This document shows, one piece after another, positions 28,701-37,357 of a stretch of 64,000 nt of DNA (its first letter is position 1; each line of letters starts with the position of its first letter). Source of the DNA: Cyclobacteriaceae bacterium. Lineage in GTDB: Bacteria > Bacteroidota > Bacteroidia > Cytophagales > Cyclobacteriaceae. Position numbers and translations under genes: made by a program. The stretch covers positions 27,815-91,814 of the forward strand of contig JAGQYK010000004.1 in the NCBI GenBank assembly GCA_020436125.1, in the 5' to 3' direction. The notes beneath the pieces were generated by a model. That model did not search any database. It saw nothing but the letters and a program-made list of their open reading frames with translations, and was not told the origin of the DNA.

Positions 28701-29088
28701 CCAGCGCTTCCGGATAAGTAACAATTAATTGTTTATCAGGCTGGCTGGTGATGAGTGTGAGCACTTCCGAGCGCATAAGCACATTGGCATTCTCGATTTC
28801 ATCATATTCATAAGGCCGCTTGTACGACATGGGAAAAAAGAGAACTTCTTTTTCGCCAAGTAAGTGTTGTAGATCATTAAGAAAATAAGAGGCCTCTTCT
28901 TTGTCATGAAGAATAATCAGGTGACTTGACTTGACCGATTTGCAAATCGAAGCAAAAATGACGGCATCAAGACTGCCGCTGAGACCTTTTAAATGAATAT
29001 TTTCAGGTTGGGACGTACGAATCCTCTCGGCCAGTGTTTGTACCAGCCCGTCTGATGAATAAATAGACAGAAAATCTTTCGCCCTCAA
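25708..29088 (-). CDS. mfd: Transcription-repair coupling factor Mfd
   Basis: UvrB-like N-terminus, CGDVGFGKTEVA, IDEEQKFGV, TATPIPRTL, HQMRGRVGRS, TRCF C-terminus. Likely TTG start at 29088 (the track start 29112 lies in the promoter element). Confidence 0.98.
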   Translation of the reverse strand: MRAKDFLSIYSSDGLVQTLAERIRTSQPENIHLKGLSGSLDAVIFASICKSVKSSHLIILHDKEEASYFLNDLQHLLGEKEVLFFPMSYKRPYEYDEIENANVLMRSEVLTLITSQPDKQLIVTYPEALVEKVINKKSLASNTFSIKKGEKLDSQFLEDFFHTYEFEKTDFVHEPGQFAIRGGIIDVFSFAHDHPYRIELFGDEIESIRSFDPGSQLSVEVLEHVSLMPNVQTRLVQEERHSLLDFISPTTRIWIKDSELVTDVLTKSFEKASQRFDKILRDTGNAKIALQPEQLFETPDYFSSRLNEFVCLEFGSRFKLNATHTLEFSASAQTSFNKNFELMASSLIDSQGQGYSNFIAAEQPKQLERLQEIFEEINPTLEFQPLEFPLRQGFIDHLVKVGCYTDHQIFERFHRYRSKEKFSKSKAMTFRELHTLQPGDFITHIDYGVGKFAGLEKKIVNGKEQEAIRIVFRDDDLLYASIHSLHKISKYSGKEGTAPLVSKLGSGEWESKKAKAKKKVKDIAKELIELYAKRKQAPGYAFAGDGFLQAELESSFLYEDTPDQASATEDVKKDMELPHPMDRLVCGDVGFGKTEVAIRAAFKAVTEGKQVAVLVPTTILAMQHHRTFCERLSNFPLKIEYISRFKTTQEIKEVVKGVGEGKVNIVIGTHRLVSKDVVFKNLGLLVIDEEQKFGVKVKDKLKELKVSVDVLTLTATPIPRTLHFSLMGARDLSIIATAPPNRQPVTTVLHTYEESIIRDAVSHELQRGGQVFFVHNRVSDIEQVANVIFKLVPDSRIGIAHGQMEGNRLEKVMVKFIEGEYDVLVSTNIIESGLDIPNANTIMINQAHMFGLSDLHQMRGRVGRSNKKAFCYLLTPPTSVLSSDSRKRLSALEEFSDLGDGFKVAMRDLDIRGAGNLLGAEQTGFINDLGFDTYHKILDDAIQELKETEFKELFSEELAEKVKILVQDCVIETDLEILIPDDYVSNTSERIQLYASLDNIKDEKSLAKFRESLKDRFGPIPESVGQLINTVQLRWIGEQLGFEKVTLKNGKLKAYFITGKEEYFKSDVFGKILSFAQSQPKRCRLKDVSGKPILTIEDIDSVDSALEILEPLIDQKFKSAKETVSA

Positions 29089-29109
29089 ACCTTCAAAAAA
29101 TAAGGATGG

Positions 29110-29117
29110 CAAAGGTA
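29110..29117 (-). promoter_or_regulatory. -7 promoter element TACCTTTG for mfd
   Basis: Exact TAnnTTTG followed by CC. Confidence 0.6.
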
Positions 29118-29216
29118 TTATTTCAAATTATCTAAACCATCATTAATCTGACTTTATACAACGTGTCCGAAATTATCTCTTTTGAATTTAATGGATTAAA
29201 TATTGAATTTTGGTGA

Positions 29217-29408
29217 ATGCAATCCGTTCGTTTGTTCTGCCTGCTTCTTAGTTGCGTTTGTCTGATTTCAATGGTAATAGGATTGTTTAAGCCTTGGTGG
29301 CTGCTGTGGTGGGAAGATGTGCAAAACCGCAAGATGATTTTTCAAGTGTATGGTACACTTACGATTGTATTCTTTGTGGCCTATGTTGTAATTGGGTTTT
29401 TTATTTAA
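29217..29408 (+). CDS. Small two-helix membrane protein (63 aa)
   Basis: Two hydrophobic helices joined by GLFKPWWLLWWEDVQNRK. Confidence 0.65.
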   Translation: MQSVRLFCLLLSCVCLISMVIGLFKPWWLLWWEDVQNRKMIFQVYGTLTIVFFVAYVVIGFFI

Positions 29409-30603
29409 CCCTACTGGCGTGTACCAGATACTTTTTATTTCTTCCAGAAAATCCAATGACGAATTGATCGCCACCGTCTTTTAACTTCAACTTCTTTTTC
29501 AGCTGAGACGGACTTAGTGGATAGTTACGCGAGATGATATTGGCCTGTCCTTCTTCTAAAACCTCGTGAACGGATTTTGAATCGGATTTTAGGAAGCTTT
29601 CGATTTTGAAAACTCGGCCGGGGAAATTGGAAATCATTTTATCCGCTGTATATAAATGAGTGTTCGGAGCTATTTTTTTTAGGTTAAACTTGTTAGCTGT
29701 TAGTTTGAATGCACCTGCCTTTAGCATCATAGCCGTGGGCTCGTAAAGAAATGTAGAGGGCTCATCAAACGAAACCTTCGATTGGTGCTCTTCCGATAAG
29801 GTAAAAGAAAATGATGCTGATTTTTTATCATCCTCTGAAAGATCAAACACTTCAATGACGGTTTCTTTTTTAGTATTGGCAATTAAGAAGAGCACTTCCT
29901 TGCACTCGTTATCAAATCCAACAATTAAAACTTTGGAGACGGAATCGAGTTCGCTTAGCCCTTGCTTTATATCAATAAGCGGAGAGGCTTTTATTAAAAT
30001 AGAATTTGATTTCTTAATTAATAAGGGAAGTAAGTTGACCACATTAGGACCGCAGTCTGAAAATTTGAAAACCTTTCTATTGGCGTTACTTCTCCTTGAA
30101 GGATCTATGTACAACAAATCGAAATGGTCCTTATGGGTGTTGATAAATGATTCTGCAGTGCCGCACTGATGTTCAATATTATTGGCATCAAGCGTGCGGT
30201 GGTTATGCTTTGTGATTTGTGATAGCGCCTCATCTGGCTCCACATGAATTACTTTCTTAAAACTTTTGCTGAGAAAAAAACTGTCGATGCCAAAGCCACC
30301 GGTGAGGTCTGCAGCCAGATTTCCTGATAGAAGGCTTGCTTTGAATTGCGCTGTCTTTTCAGAAGAGCATTGCTCCAGATTGACTTTGGGAGGATAGATG
30401 ATTTTATTGGCATTATAATATACAGGAAGTTTTGTTTTGGCTTTGCGCCTTCCAACGATCTGCTGGGCAATTTCGGCAGCTGGCAGTCCCAGTATCTCTT
30501 TATGCTTTAAAACAAGTATTTTTTCGTCATCCTTTTCATGATCTTTAATGAAGCGTTGTAGGTCATCACTGAGTAAATGATCGAAATGAAGTGCGTTATT
30601 CAT
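29401..30603 (-). CDS. Class I SAM-dependent methyltransferase with C-terminal THUMP-like domain
   Basis: NLEQCSSEKTA, DLTGGFGIDS, LYIDPSRR, LYEPTAMMLKAG. Confidence 0.85.
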   Translation of the reverse strand: MNNALHFDHLLSDDLQRFIKDHEKDDEKILVLKHKEILGLPAAEIAQQIVGRRKAKTKLPVYYNANKIIYPPKVNLEQCSSEKTAQFKASLLSGNLAADLTGGFGIDSFFLSKSFKKVIHVEPDEALSQITKHNHRTLDANNIEHQCGTAESFINTHKDHFDLLYIDPSRRSNANRKVFKFSDCGPNVVNLLPLLIKKSNSILIKASPLIDIKQGLSELDSVSKVLIVGFDNECKEVLFLIANTKKETVIEVFDLSEDDKKSASFSFTLSEEHQSKVSFDEPSTFLYEPTAMMLKAGAFKLTANKFNLKKIAPNTHLYTADKMISNFPGRVFKIESFLKSDSKSVHEVLEEGQANIISRNYPLSPSQLKKKLKLKDGGDQFVIGFSGRNKKYLVHASRVK

Positions 30604-30627
30604 GAGTGACTTAAAAATAGTATAATT

Positions 30628-31329
30628 GTGTATAGCAAAGACATGAATTATTCTTTTGTAAAAATTAGTGTAGGAATTTTAGCTGGAGCATGCATGATGT
30701 CTTGTGCGGCTTTGAAGGAAACTGCGCGATATGAATTCGTTGATGATGAGTATTGGTACAAGCAAAGACCTAATGTATATCAAAAAGTGTACGTAGATGC
30801 TGAATTGGAAGAGGATGTCATAGATATTTATGCTTTAAGTCCTGAGCAGGAAAGTGAGATGCCAGAGTATATTGAGAATAAGGATCAGTATTTTATTATG
30901 AGGGACCTGCATTTGAATGTTCTTACCATTCCTTTCAAACTTCGCCCAAGTGTTGCCGGTTTTCCCAGCCAGCTCAATTCAAATTTTAACGGAGAAATTT
31001 TTCTGGGCTACAGAATGGATAAATTCCGTAGGCATTTTAAACACACACCTGCTGGCGTAAAAGATGAAATGCTTCATTGGGGAGTGAGTGTAGGTATTTT
31101 TGGAGGTATCGGTTCTTCCGTGATTGCCCCCTGGACAACCAGCTACCAAACCATGGATGAATATAATGGACTTATACTCACCCGTGGTGTTGGCGTACTG
31201 GGCGCTATCAACCGACTCAACGTTGGCTTTGCTGTTGGGTGGGATTATTTAACTGACCGGGATCGAAACATTTGGATTCATCAGAATAAAATCTGGTATG
31301 GTTTGGCGCTGGGGTTGAATTTGAATTAA
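30628..31329 (+). CDS. Hypothetical exported protein (lipoprotein signal, beta-strand-rich C-terminal half)
   Basis: ACMMSC lipobox-like; alternating hydrophobic strands ending WYGLALGLNLN. Confidence 0.7.
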   Translation: MYSKDMNYSFVKISVGILAGACMMSCAALKETARYEFVDDEYWYKQRPNVYQKVYVDAELEEDVIDIYALSPEQESEMPEYIENKDQYFIMRDLHLNVLTIPFKLRPSVAGFPSQLNSNFNGEIFLGYRMDKFRRHFKHTPAGVKDEMLHWGVSVGIFGGIGSSVIAPWTTSYQTMDEYNGLILTRGVGVLGAINRLNVGFAVGWDYLTDRDRNIWIHQNKIWYGLALGLNLN

Positions 31330-31339
31330 GTCAATAATT

Positions 31340-32461
31340 TTAACCGCTATTTTTTAATAGACCAATAAGCGTATAAGCACCATTGGTAACTACCAAGGTA
31401 TTGCTATCCCAATTTTTGGGAGTGCTAATTTCGCTGAAGCCATTATTTGTTACGCCTACTTCAATAGGAAAAAGTTCAAAGGTATTCTTAGCACGCTCTA
31501 TAAAGACAAAGTGCTTTCCTTCAAAACTTACAACAGCATTTTCGGATACGGTGTTAACTGTATTTTCTCCAGCATCAATGGTTGCAGTAAAATACATACC
31601 AGGAATTAGTTTTGGATCTTCCTGAGTTAAGTGTGCGTGTATGCGTACTGTTCGATCTTCAGCAATCTCTTTTCCTACAAGATAAACCGTGGCGGCCCGA
31701 GAGGTGGTCTCATTGGCTAGCGATAAATTCATTTGCTGCCCAACCTTTACTTTCGCGATGTCTTTTTCAAAAACGTAGGCTTCTGCGTGAAGATGGTCAG
31801 AATCAACGATTTTAAACATCACTAAATCAGGGCTGGCATACACACCTAGATTGACATTTACTTCAGTGATATAGCCTGCAATAGGTGACGTTATTTTAAT
31901 TGTGCTTTGAATGGTTCCGTTTTCAAGCACTTTAGGGTTTATGTTCAAGAGTTTTAATCGAGCAGCAAGCCCTTCTGTTTTTGCTTTCGTACTTTGGTAA
32001 TTAGATTTAGCTTGTTGTAAGGTTTTTGCAGAGTTAATATTTTCATTGGAAAGCTCTTGCTGCCGGGTATACTCTAAGGTCAAGTAGTCTAACTGGCTTT
32101 TACTTTCTAAATAGTCTTGCTGTAATTGAATGTAGTCCGGGTGTTCGAGCGTAACAATTGTTTGTCCTTTTTTTACAGCCATTCCCTGAAGAAGTTCAGT
32201 TTCTTTGACAAAGCCACCTATAGGTGGTGATATCGTAACTAAATTTTGTGGAGGAACATCGAGGGATCCTGTAGCCAAAACAGGGCTACTCATTTTTTGC
32301 CTCACGACTGGGCCGGTCTTAACCCCAATAGTTTTAGATTGTTCATCGCTAAGAGTTAATTTATTTCCATCAGAAGTGGACGACAAGTTTTTGTCTTCCT
32401 CAGGAGCTTGTTGACAAGCGATAAAGGATGTAAGAAGTATTAATGTTAATAAATATTTCAT
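31340..32461 (-). CDS. RND efflux periplasmic adaptor (CzcB/CusB-like lipoprotein)
   Basis: FIAC lipobox, ATGSLDVPPQN, IKITSPIAGYITEVNVNLG, RTVRIHAHL. Confidence 0.92.
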   Translation of the reverse strand: MKYLLTLILLTSFIACQQAPEEDKNLSSTSDGNKLTLSDEQSKTIGVKTGPVVRQKMSSPVLATGSLDVPPQNLVTISPPIGGFVKETELLQGMAVKKGQTIVTLEHPDYIQLQQDYLESKSQLDYLTLEYTRQQELSNENINSAKTLQQAKSNYQSTKAKTEGLAARLKLLNINPKVLENGTIQSTIKITSPIAGYITEVNVNLGVYASPDLVMFKIVDSDHLHAEAYVFEKDIAKVKVGQQMNLSLANETTSRAATVYLVGKEIAEDRTVRIHAHLTQEDPKLIPGMYFTATIDAGENTVNTVSENAVVSFEGKHFVFIERAKNTFELFPIEVGVTNNGFSEISTPKNWDSNTLVVTNGAYTLIGLLKNSG

Positions 32462-32470
32462 AGTTGTATT

Positions 32471-33685
32471 TTATAAGCTTCCTGTAAGGAATTCAAGGTT
32501 GATAATGGATAAGTTATATTGATGTAGCGCGGCAATATAGTTGGTGCGCAAGGCCAAAGCTGACTTAATGGATTGTAGATAAATGAGATAATTTATTTCC
32601 CCTGCTGCCAGCGATTTTTTGGATTGTGAGATAATAAGGTCAGCCTGTTTTAGGGCCGTAGTTTCGAAATAATCTATGTTGGTCTCGTTCTTTAACCTTT
32701 CACGATTGGCTTGTGCTATTTTTTGTTCTACTTCTTGTTGTAAATAAGCAGTTTTTTGTGTGGCAGCTTCAATTTGATACCGAGCTGCTTTGGTTCGTGC
32801 AAGCTGGGGCTTAATCCACAGAGGCAGTGAGAGACCCACTTCAAACCCTTGAAAACGAGAACCTCTGTCGTAGTACTCCTCAACGCCAACGATATTTTGA
32901 TAACCAACAAAACTCTGATTAAAATAACCGACAGTAATGTCCGGAAGAAATGTATTTTGTTGTACACGTTTTTGTTGCAGCGCAATAGCTGTTTGTTGTT
33001 GTTGATAAGACAACTCCGCATTGCTCATCGGAGCGGTTGCGTCTTGCCAGAGAAGAGGGGTTAAGTCTGCTTCTGGCAAAATCGGATCACTGGTTTGCAA
33101 TAAAGTTTGCAAGTGTTTTTGCTCAATATCAATTTCTGATTGCTGCTGTTGAAGGGCATTCTTGGAAGACAATGAATTGGTTTCTGCTGTCAACTTCTCG
33201 AGATAGGTAGCTTCTCCAGTTCGATAGTTTATTTCCATGATGCGTGCTAATTCTGAATAAAGACTATCTTCTGTTGTCAACAGCTTGTTTGTAGCAATTA
33301 GAAAACGCAGTTTTTCATAAGATACCTTAACATCATAAATTAGTTGATGTTGTACCATGGTGAGCTTTTTTTCAGCTCCCTCCAGATTGGCTTGACCCAG
33401 CCGTGCCTTGGCGGCAAGCAATGTTGGAAAAGGAATGGTTTGAGACACTTTAAAATTATTGTCTTGTGCTCGTGAATTGATCTCACCAAATGTGGCCGTG
33501 GCAGAAAATTTTCCAATGTCGGTTTCTGATTTTTTTAGTTGACCGAAAGACTTCACTTCAGATGATGCTGCAGCTACCCACCCGTTATTTTTTAAAGCTA
33601 TGTTAATGGCTTCCTGTTGCGATAGCGTTTGGGCATGAGTCGAGTAAAAGAAAAAAAGTATGGGAACAATAATCAGACGATTCAT
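32471..33685 (-). CDS. TolC-family outer membrane efflux protein (CzcC-like)
   Basis: Signal peptide, FLPDITVGYFNQS, GFEVGLSLPLW, helical OEP repeats; ATGA overlap with the RND gene. Confidence 0.9.
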   Translation of the reverse strand: MNRLIIVPILFFFYSTHAQTLSQQEAINIALKNNGWVAAASSEVKSFGQLKKSETDIGKFSATATFGEINSRAQDNNFKVSQTIPFPTLLAAKARLGQANLEGAEKKLTMVQHQLIYDVKVSYEKLRFLIATNKLLTTEDSLYSELARIMEINYRTGEATYLEKLTAETNSLSSKNALQQQQSEIDIEQKHLQTLLQTSDPILPEADLTPLLWQDATAPMSNAELSYQQQQTAIALQQKRVQQNTFLPDITVGYFNQSFVGYQNIVGVEEYYDRGSRFQGFEVGLSLPLWIKPQLARTKAARYQIEAATQKTAYLQQEVEQKIAQANRERLKNETNIDYFETTALKQADLIISQSKKSLAAGEINYLIYLQSIKSALALRTNYIAALHQYNLSIINLEFLTGSL

Positions 33686-36600
33686 GATTTAATGGATTTA
33701 CTGTTTTTTTCGAAAATCGTGTAGAGCAATGGAAGCACTACCAACGTGAGTAAGGTAGCTGTTACCAATCCCCCAATGACAACGGTAGCAAGGGGCCTTT
33801 GTACTTCAGCACCTGAGCCATGTGAAAGGGCCATTGGTAAAAAACCAAGAGAGGCTACAAAGGCTGTCATCAACACCGGCCTCAAACGAGTTTGAGTACC
33901 AGTTTTTACTAACTCATTCATTGGAAGGATAGATGATCGTAATGAATTGAATTCGGCTATAAGCACGATGCCATTCAGAACGGCCACACCAAACAAAGCA
34001 ATAAAGCCTACACCTGCTGAAATACTAAAAGGCATATCTCTTAACCACAAGGCGAAGATCCCTCCGATGGCTGAAAAAGGAATGGCGGAAAAGATCAACA
34101 AGCTTTGTCGTAGCGAGTTAAATGTAAAGTAGAGCAGAAGAAAGATTAAAATAAGTGCTACAGGCAAAGCAATTGAAAGGCGCTGTTTGGCTTCTTCCAG
34201 GTTTTGAAATGAGCCGCCATATGTTGTATAATAACCGGGCTCGAATTTTATCTTTTCAGTAATTAGTTGATCGATGTCGTTTACAATACTCTCCACATCG
34301 CGACCGCGGACATTAAAACCAATAACTATCCTTCTTTGTGCATTATCTCTTTGAATTTGATTGGGACCGGAGATAAGTTCTATGGAAGCGAGTTGATCCA
34401 GTGGAACCTGATGACCATCATTAGCGGTTACAAATACACTCTTTACGTCCTCAATGTTTTTGCGATTCTTTTTATCTAATCTTACCACCAGATCGAATCG
34501 TTTTTCATTCTCAAAAACAAGGCCTGCAATTTCACCGGCAAAAGCGCTACGTAGTACTCGATTTCCTTCTTCTACGGTGAGTCCAAATTGTGCCAGACGT
34601 TTTCGATTCCATTTCACTACGATTTGTGGAAGCCCGGAAATAGGTTCAACATAAATATCTTGCGCGCCAGGCACCTGCTGTGCCAACTCCCCAATTTGAG
34701 CACCATACTGAGCAAGAGCATCTAAGTTTTCTCCATAAACTTTTATTACAACATCTTGCTTAGCACCAGTCATCAATTCATTAGTGCGAAGCTGAATAGG
34801 TTGCTGAAATCCGAAAGAAACACCAGGTACTTTTTCTTTCAGTTCAGCCGCCATCTTTTCAGCCAGTTCTTCACGTGTGGAGGCTGATGTCCACTCGTCT
34901 TTGTCCTTTAAAACAATAATGAGATCTGTCACCTCCATGGACATTGGGTCTGTGGGTATCTCGGATGTTCCAATTTTTCCAACAACAGTATTTACTTCTG
35001 GAAAGGATTGGAGCAGTATTTCTGCTGTTTTTAGATTAGCTTCTACTGACTGGCTTAGCGAGCTTCCGGTAAGCAATCGGGTTTCAACAGCAAAATCTCC
35101 TTCATCGAGAGAGGGGATGAATTCCCCGCCTAAGGTTGTAAACACCCAAACACTGAAAGCAAGCAATAAAATGGCTGCTGTTATAATTATTGTTTTTGTT
35201 CTTAATGCCCTGTCAATAATAGGAGCGTAAAACTTTCTGAAGACGCTCATTATTTTATCAGAGATAGTAACCTTGTGACCTGTGGTTTTGCTAAGGAACA
35301 AAGCCGATATCATAGGTACATAGGTGATGGAAAGAATAAGCGCACCAATAATGGCAAAAGATACTGTTTGTGCCATGGGCTTAAACATTTTCCCTTCAAT
35401 ACCGACCAGAGAAAGAATAGGCAAATACACAATGAGAATGATGACTTGACCGAAGGCTGCTGATCGCATCATACTACTGGCCGATAACCTTACCTCTTCA
35501 TCCATTTCCTGTTGATTCAGTTTGCGCACGGCTGCATTAATACCCATATGATGCAAAGTGGCCTCTACAATGATGACTGCACCATCTACAATCAACCCAA
35601 AGTCGATGGCTCCCAAACTCATTAGGTTCCCTGAAACACCAAAAAGGTTCATCAAGGAAACTGCAAAGAGCATGGCTAGTGGTATAACAGACGCCACAAT
35701 CAACCCAGCTCGCCAATTGCCGAGTAGCAACACCAGGACAAAAACAACAATGAGAGCTCCTTCAGCTAAGTTCTTGGTAACAGTTTGAATAGCATTGTTA
35801 ACAAGTTTGGTACGATCGAGGAAAGGCTCAAGTTCTACCCCTTCTGGTAAAGTCTTTTTAATTTGCTCTATGCGCCCTTTAACGTGATCAATGACGGCAG
35901 AAGAATTTTCTCCTTTTAGCATTAAGACTACACCACCAACGGCTTCCCCGGTGTCATTGTAAGTAAGCGCACCATAGCGGGCGGCATTTCCAAACCCAAC
36001 TTCCCCTACTTGGGCGATAAGAATAGGGACGCCATTGTCAGTAGTTTTGATGGCAATGTTTCGGATGTCGTCCAGCGTTTCTACCAGCCCTTCGCTTCGG
36101 ATATAGTACGCGTAGGCATTTCGCTCGATATATGCTCCTCCCGTATTCTCATTGTTTTGCTCGAGTGCATAAAACACATCGTTTACACTGATGTTCATGC
36201 TTCGGAGCTTTTGCGGGTCTAAAGCGATTTCATATTGTTTAACGAACCCTCCAAAGCTGCTGATGTCTGCAATACCCGGGGTACCCAATAGCTGTCTTCG
36301 TACGATCCAATCTTGAATGGTGCGCAGCTCCATTGCATCGTATTTCGATTCGTACCCTACTGCTGGCCGTACGATGTATTGATAAATTTCACTGAGTCCT
36401 GTAGAAAGTGGGCCTATTTCTGGATTACCAGAGTTGGCAGGTATTAAACTCTTGGCCTGAGAGAGCCGCTCGTTCACTTGCTGTCGCGCCCAATACTGGT
36501 CTGTACTTTCATCGAAAACTACAGTGACCACCGAAAGCCCAAATCGTGAAATGGATCGCATTTCTACAATGTTGGGAATGGTAGCCATGGTTTGTTCCAC

Positions 36601-36804
36601 CGGAAATGTAACGAAGCGCTCGATTTCCGGTGAAGCGAGCGTTGGTGATACCGTAATGATTTGTACTTGGTTGTTTGTGATGTCAGGAACTGCATCGATA
36701 GGCAGTTGCTTAAGAGAGTAAATCCCCCAGGCAATAAGCGTGATGGTTAGAATTCCAATAATAATTTTGTTCCTTATAGAAAAGGAGATAATGCCATTGA
36801 GCAT
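33682..36804 (-). CDS. CusA/CzcA family heavy-metal efflux RND transporter
   Basis: LPIDAVPDITNNQVQI, SLGAIDFGLIVDGAVIIVE, RLRPVLMTA, GSGAEVQRPLATVVIGGL. Confidence 0.96.
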   Translation of the reverse strand: MLNGIISFSIRNKIIIGILTITLIAWGIYSLKQLPIDAVPDITNNQVQIITVSPTLASPEIERFVTFPVEQTMATIPNIVEMRSISRFGLSVVTVVFDESTDQYWARQQVNERLSQAKSLIPANSGNPEIGPLSTGLSEIYQYIVRPAVGYESKYDAMELRTIQDWIVRRQLLGTPGIADISSFGGFVKQYEIALDPQKLRSMNISVNDVFYALEQNNENTGGAYIERNAYAYYIRSEGLVETLDDIRNIAIKTTDNGVPILIAQVGEVGFGNAARYGALTYNDTGEAVGGVVLMLKGENSSAVIDHVKGRIEQIKKTLPEGVELEPFLDRTKLVNNAIQTVTKNLAEGALIVVFVLVLLLGNWRAGLIVASVIPLAMLFAVSLMNLFGVSGNLMSLGAIDFGLIVDGAVIIVEATLHHMGINAAVRKLNQQEMDEEVRLSASSMMRSAAFGQVIILIVYLPILSLVGIEGKMFKPMAQTVSFAIIGALILSITYVPMISALFLSKTTGHKVTISDKIMSVFRKFYAPIIDRALRTKTIIITAAILLLAFSVWVFTTLGGEFIPSLDEGDFAVETRLLTGSSLSQSVEANLKTAEILLQSFPEVNTVVGKIGTSEIPTDPMSMEVTDLIIVLKDKDEWTSASTREELAEKMAAELKEKVPGVSFGFQQPIQLRTNELMTGAKQDVVIKVYGENLDALAQYGAQIGELAQQVPGAQDIYVEPISGLPQIVVKWNRKRLAQFGLTVEEGNRVLRSAFAGEIAGLVFENEKRFDLVVRLDKKNRKNIEDVKSVFVTANDGHQVPLDQLASIELISGPNQIQRDNAQRRIVIGFNVRGRDVESIVNDIDQLITEKIKFEPGYYTTYGGSFQNLEEAKQRLSIALPVALILIFLLLYFTFNSLRQSLLIFSAIPFSAIGGIFALWLRDMPFSISAGVGFIALFGVAVLNGIVLIAEFNSLRSSILPMNELVKTGTQTRLRPVLMTAFVASLGFLPMALSHGSGAEVQRPLATVVIGGLVTATLLTLVVLPLLYTIFEKNSKSIKS

Positions 36805-36840
36805 AGCTTAAAAGTAAAAGGGTAAATAAGTATGGCTCAG

Positions 36841-36867
36841 CATTGCTTGATTGTATTCCAGGCAATG
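36841..36867. terminator. Hairpin between the leader ORF and the RND gene (attenuator/processing site?)
   Basis: CATTGCTTG-ATTGTATTC-CAGGCAATG, 9-bp stem with one G-U pair. Confidence 0.4.
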
Positions 36868-36899
36868 ACAGAACTGTTAATTAAATAAGAATTACCTAT

Positions 36900-37286
36900 T
36901 TAGCCTTTTCGAGGTGGCTGAAAAATGGAAGGCTGAAACTCTGTGGAAGAGTGGGGTTGATAGAAATTGGTATAAGTTACTTCTACGGCTTCTAGCTCAA
37001 TAGATGTATTTTCCGTCTCAGTGAAGAAAATGGTAGAATGGATAGAAGTATTATCTGGGGCTCTAAATGGCAAGCCTTTATGTTGTTCGCGCTCTTCCTT
37101 ATCATGCTCTTCTGCCATACTGCCATAATGAAGTTCAAAAAACTGAGGAACAGAAAACGCTAAATCTTTTGATTTATGCTGATTGTAGTGATCAATTAGG
37201 TAGGGAAGCTTGGCAAAATCATGCAGATCGATGAGGCTCCCCATCAGGACAACAAACGCGAGCTGTATAGATAATGCTTTTACCAC
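36900..37286 (-). CDS. His-containing hypothetical protein leading the metal-efflux operon
   Basis: LHDFAKLPYLIDHYNQH...FFELHY...EHDKEEREQHKGLPF...FQPPR. GTG 37286 preferred because a TAAGTTTG element lies at 37299-37306. Confidence 0.75.
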   Translation of the reverse strand: MVKALSIQLAFVVLMGSLIDLHDFAKLPYLIDHYNQHKSKDLAFSVPQFFELHYGSMAEEHDKEEREQHKGLPFRAPDNTSIHSTIFFTETENTSIELEAVEVTYTNFYQPHSSTEFQPSIFQPPRKG

Positions 37287-37298
37287 GATGCTATTTAA

Positions 37299-37306
37299 CA
37301 AACTTA
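37299..37306 (-). promoter_or_regulatory. -7 promoter element TAAGTTTG for the metal-efflux operon
   Basis: Exact TAnnTTTG 12 nt upstream of GTG 37286. Confidence 0.5.
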
Positions 37307-37357
37307 ATACAATGGTTGAGCAAAATTTGTTCAAACGGTCCGTAATTTATAATGAGT

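Noticed and set aside
33682-33712. A_AAA_AAC slippery heptamer near the end of the RND gene, in the right register for a -1 shift into the TolC frame
   Set aside because: The -1 frame reads AAA AAA CAG TAA and stops before the TolC ATG, so no fusion can form.
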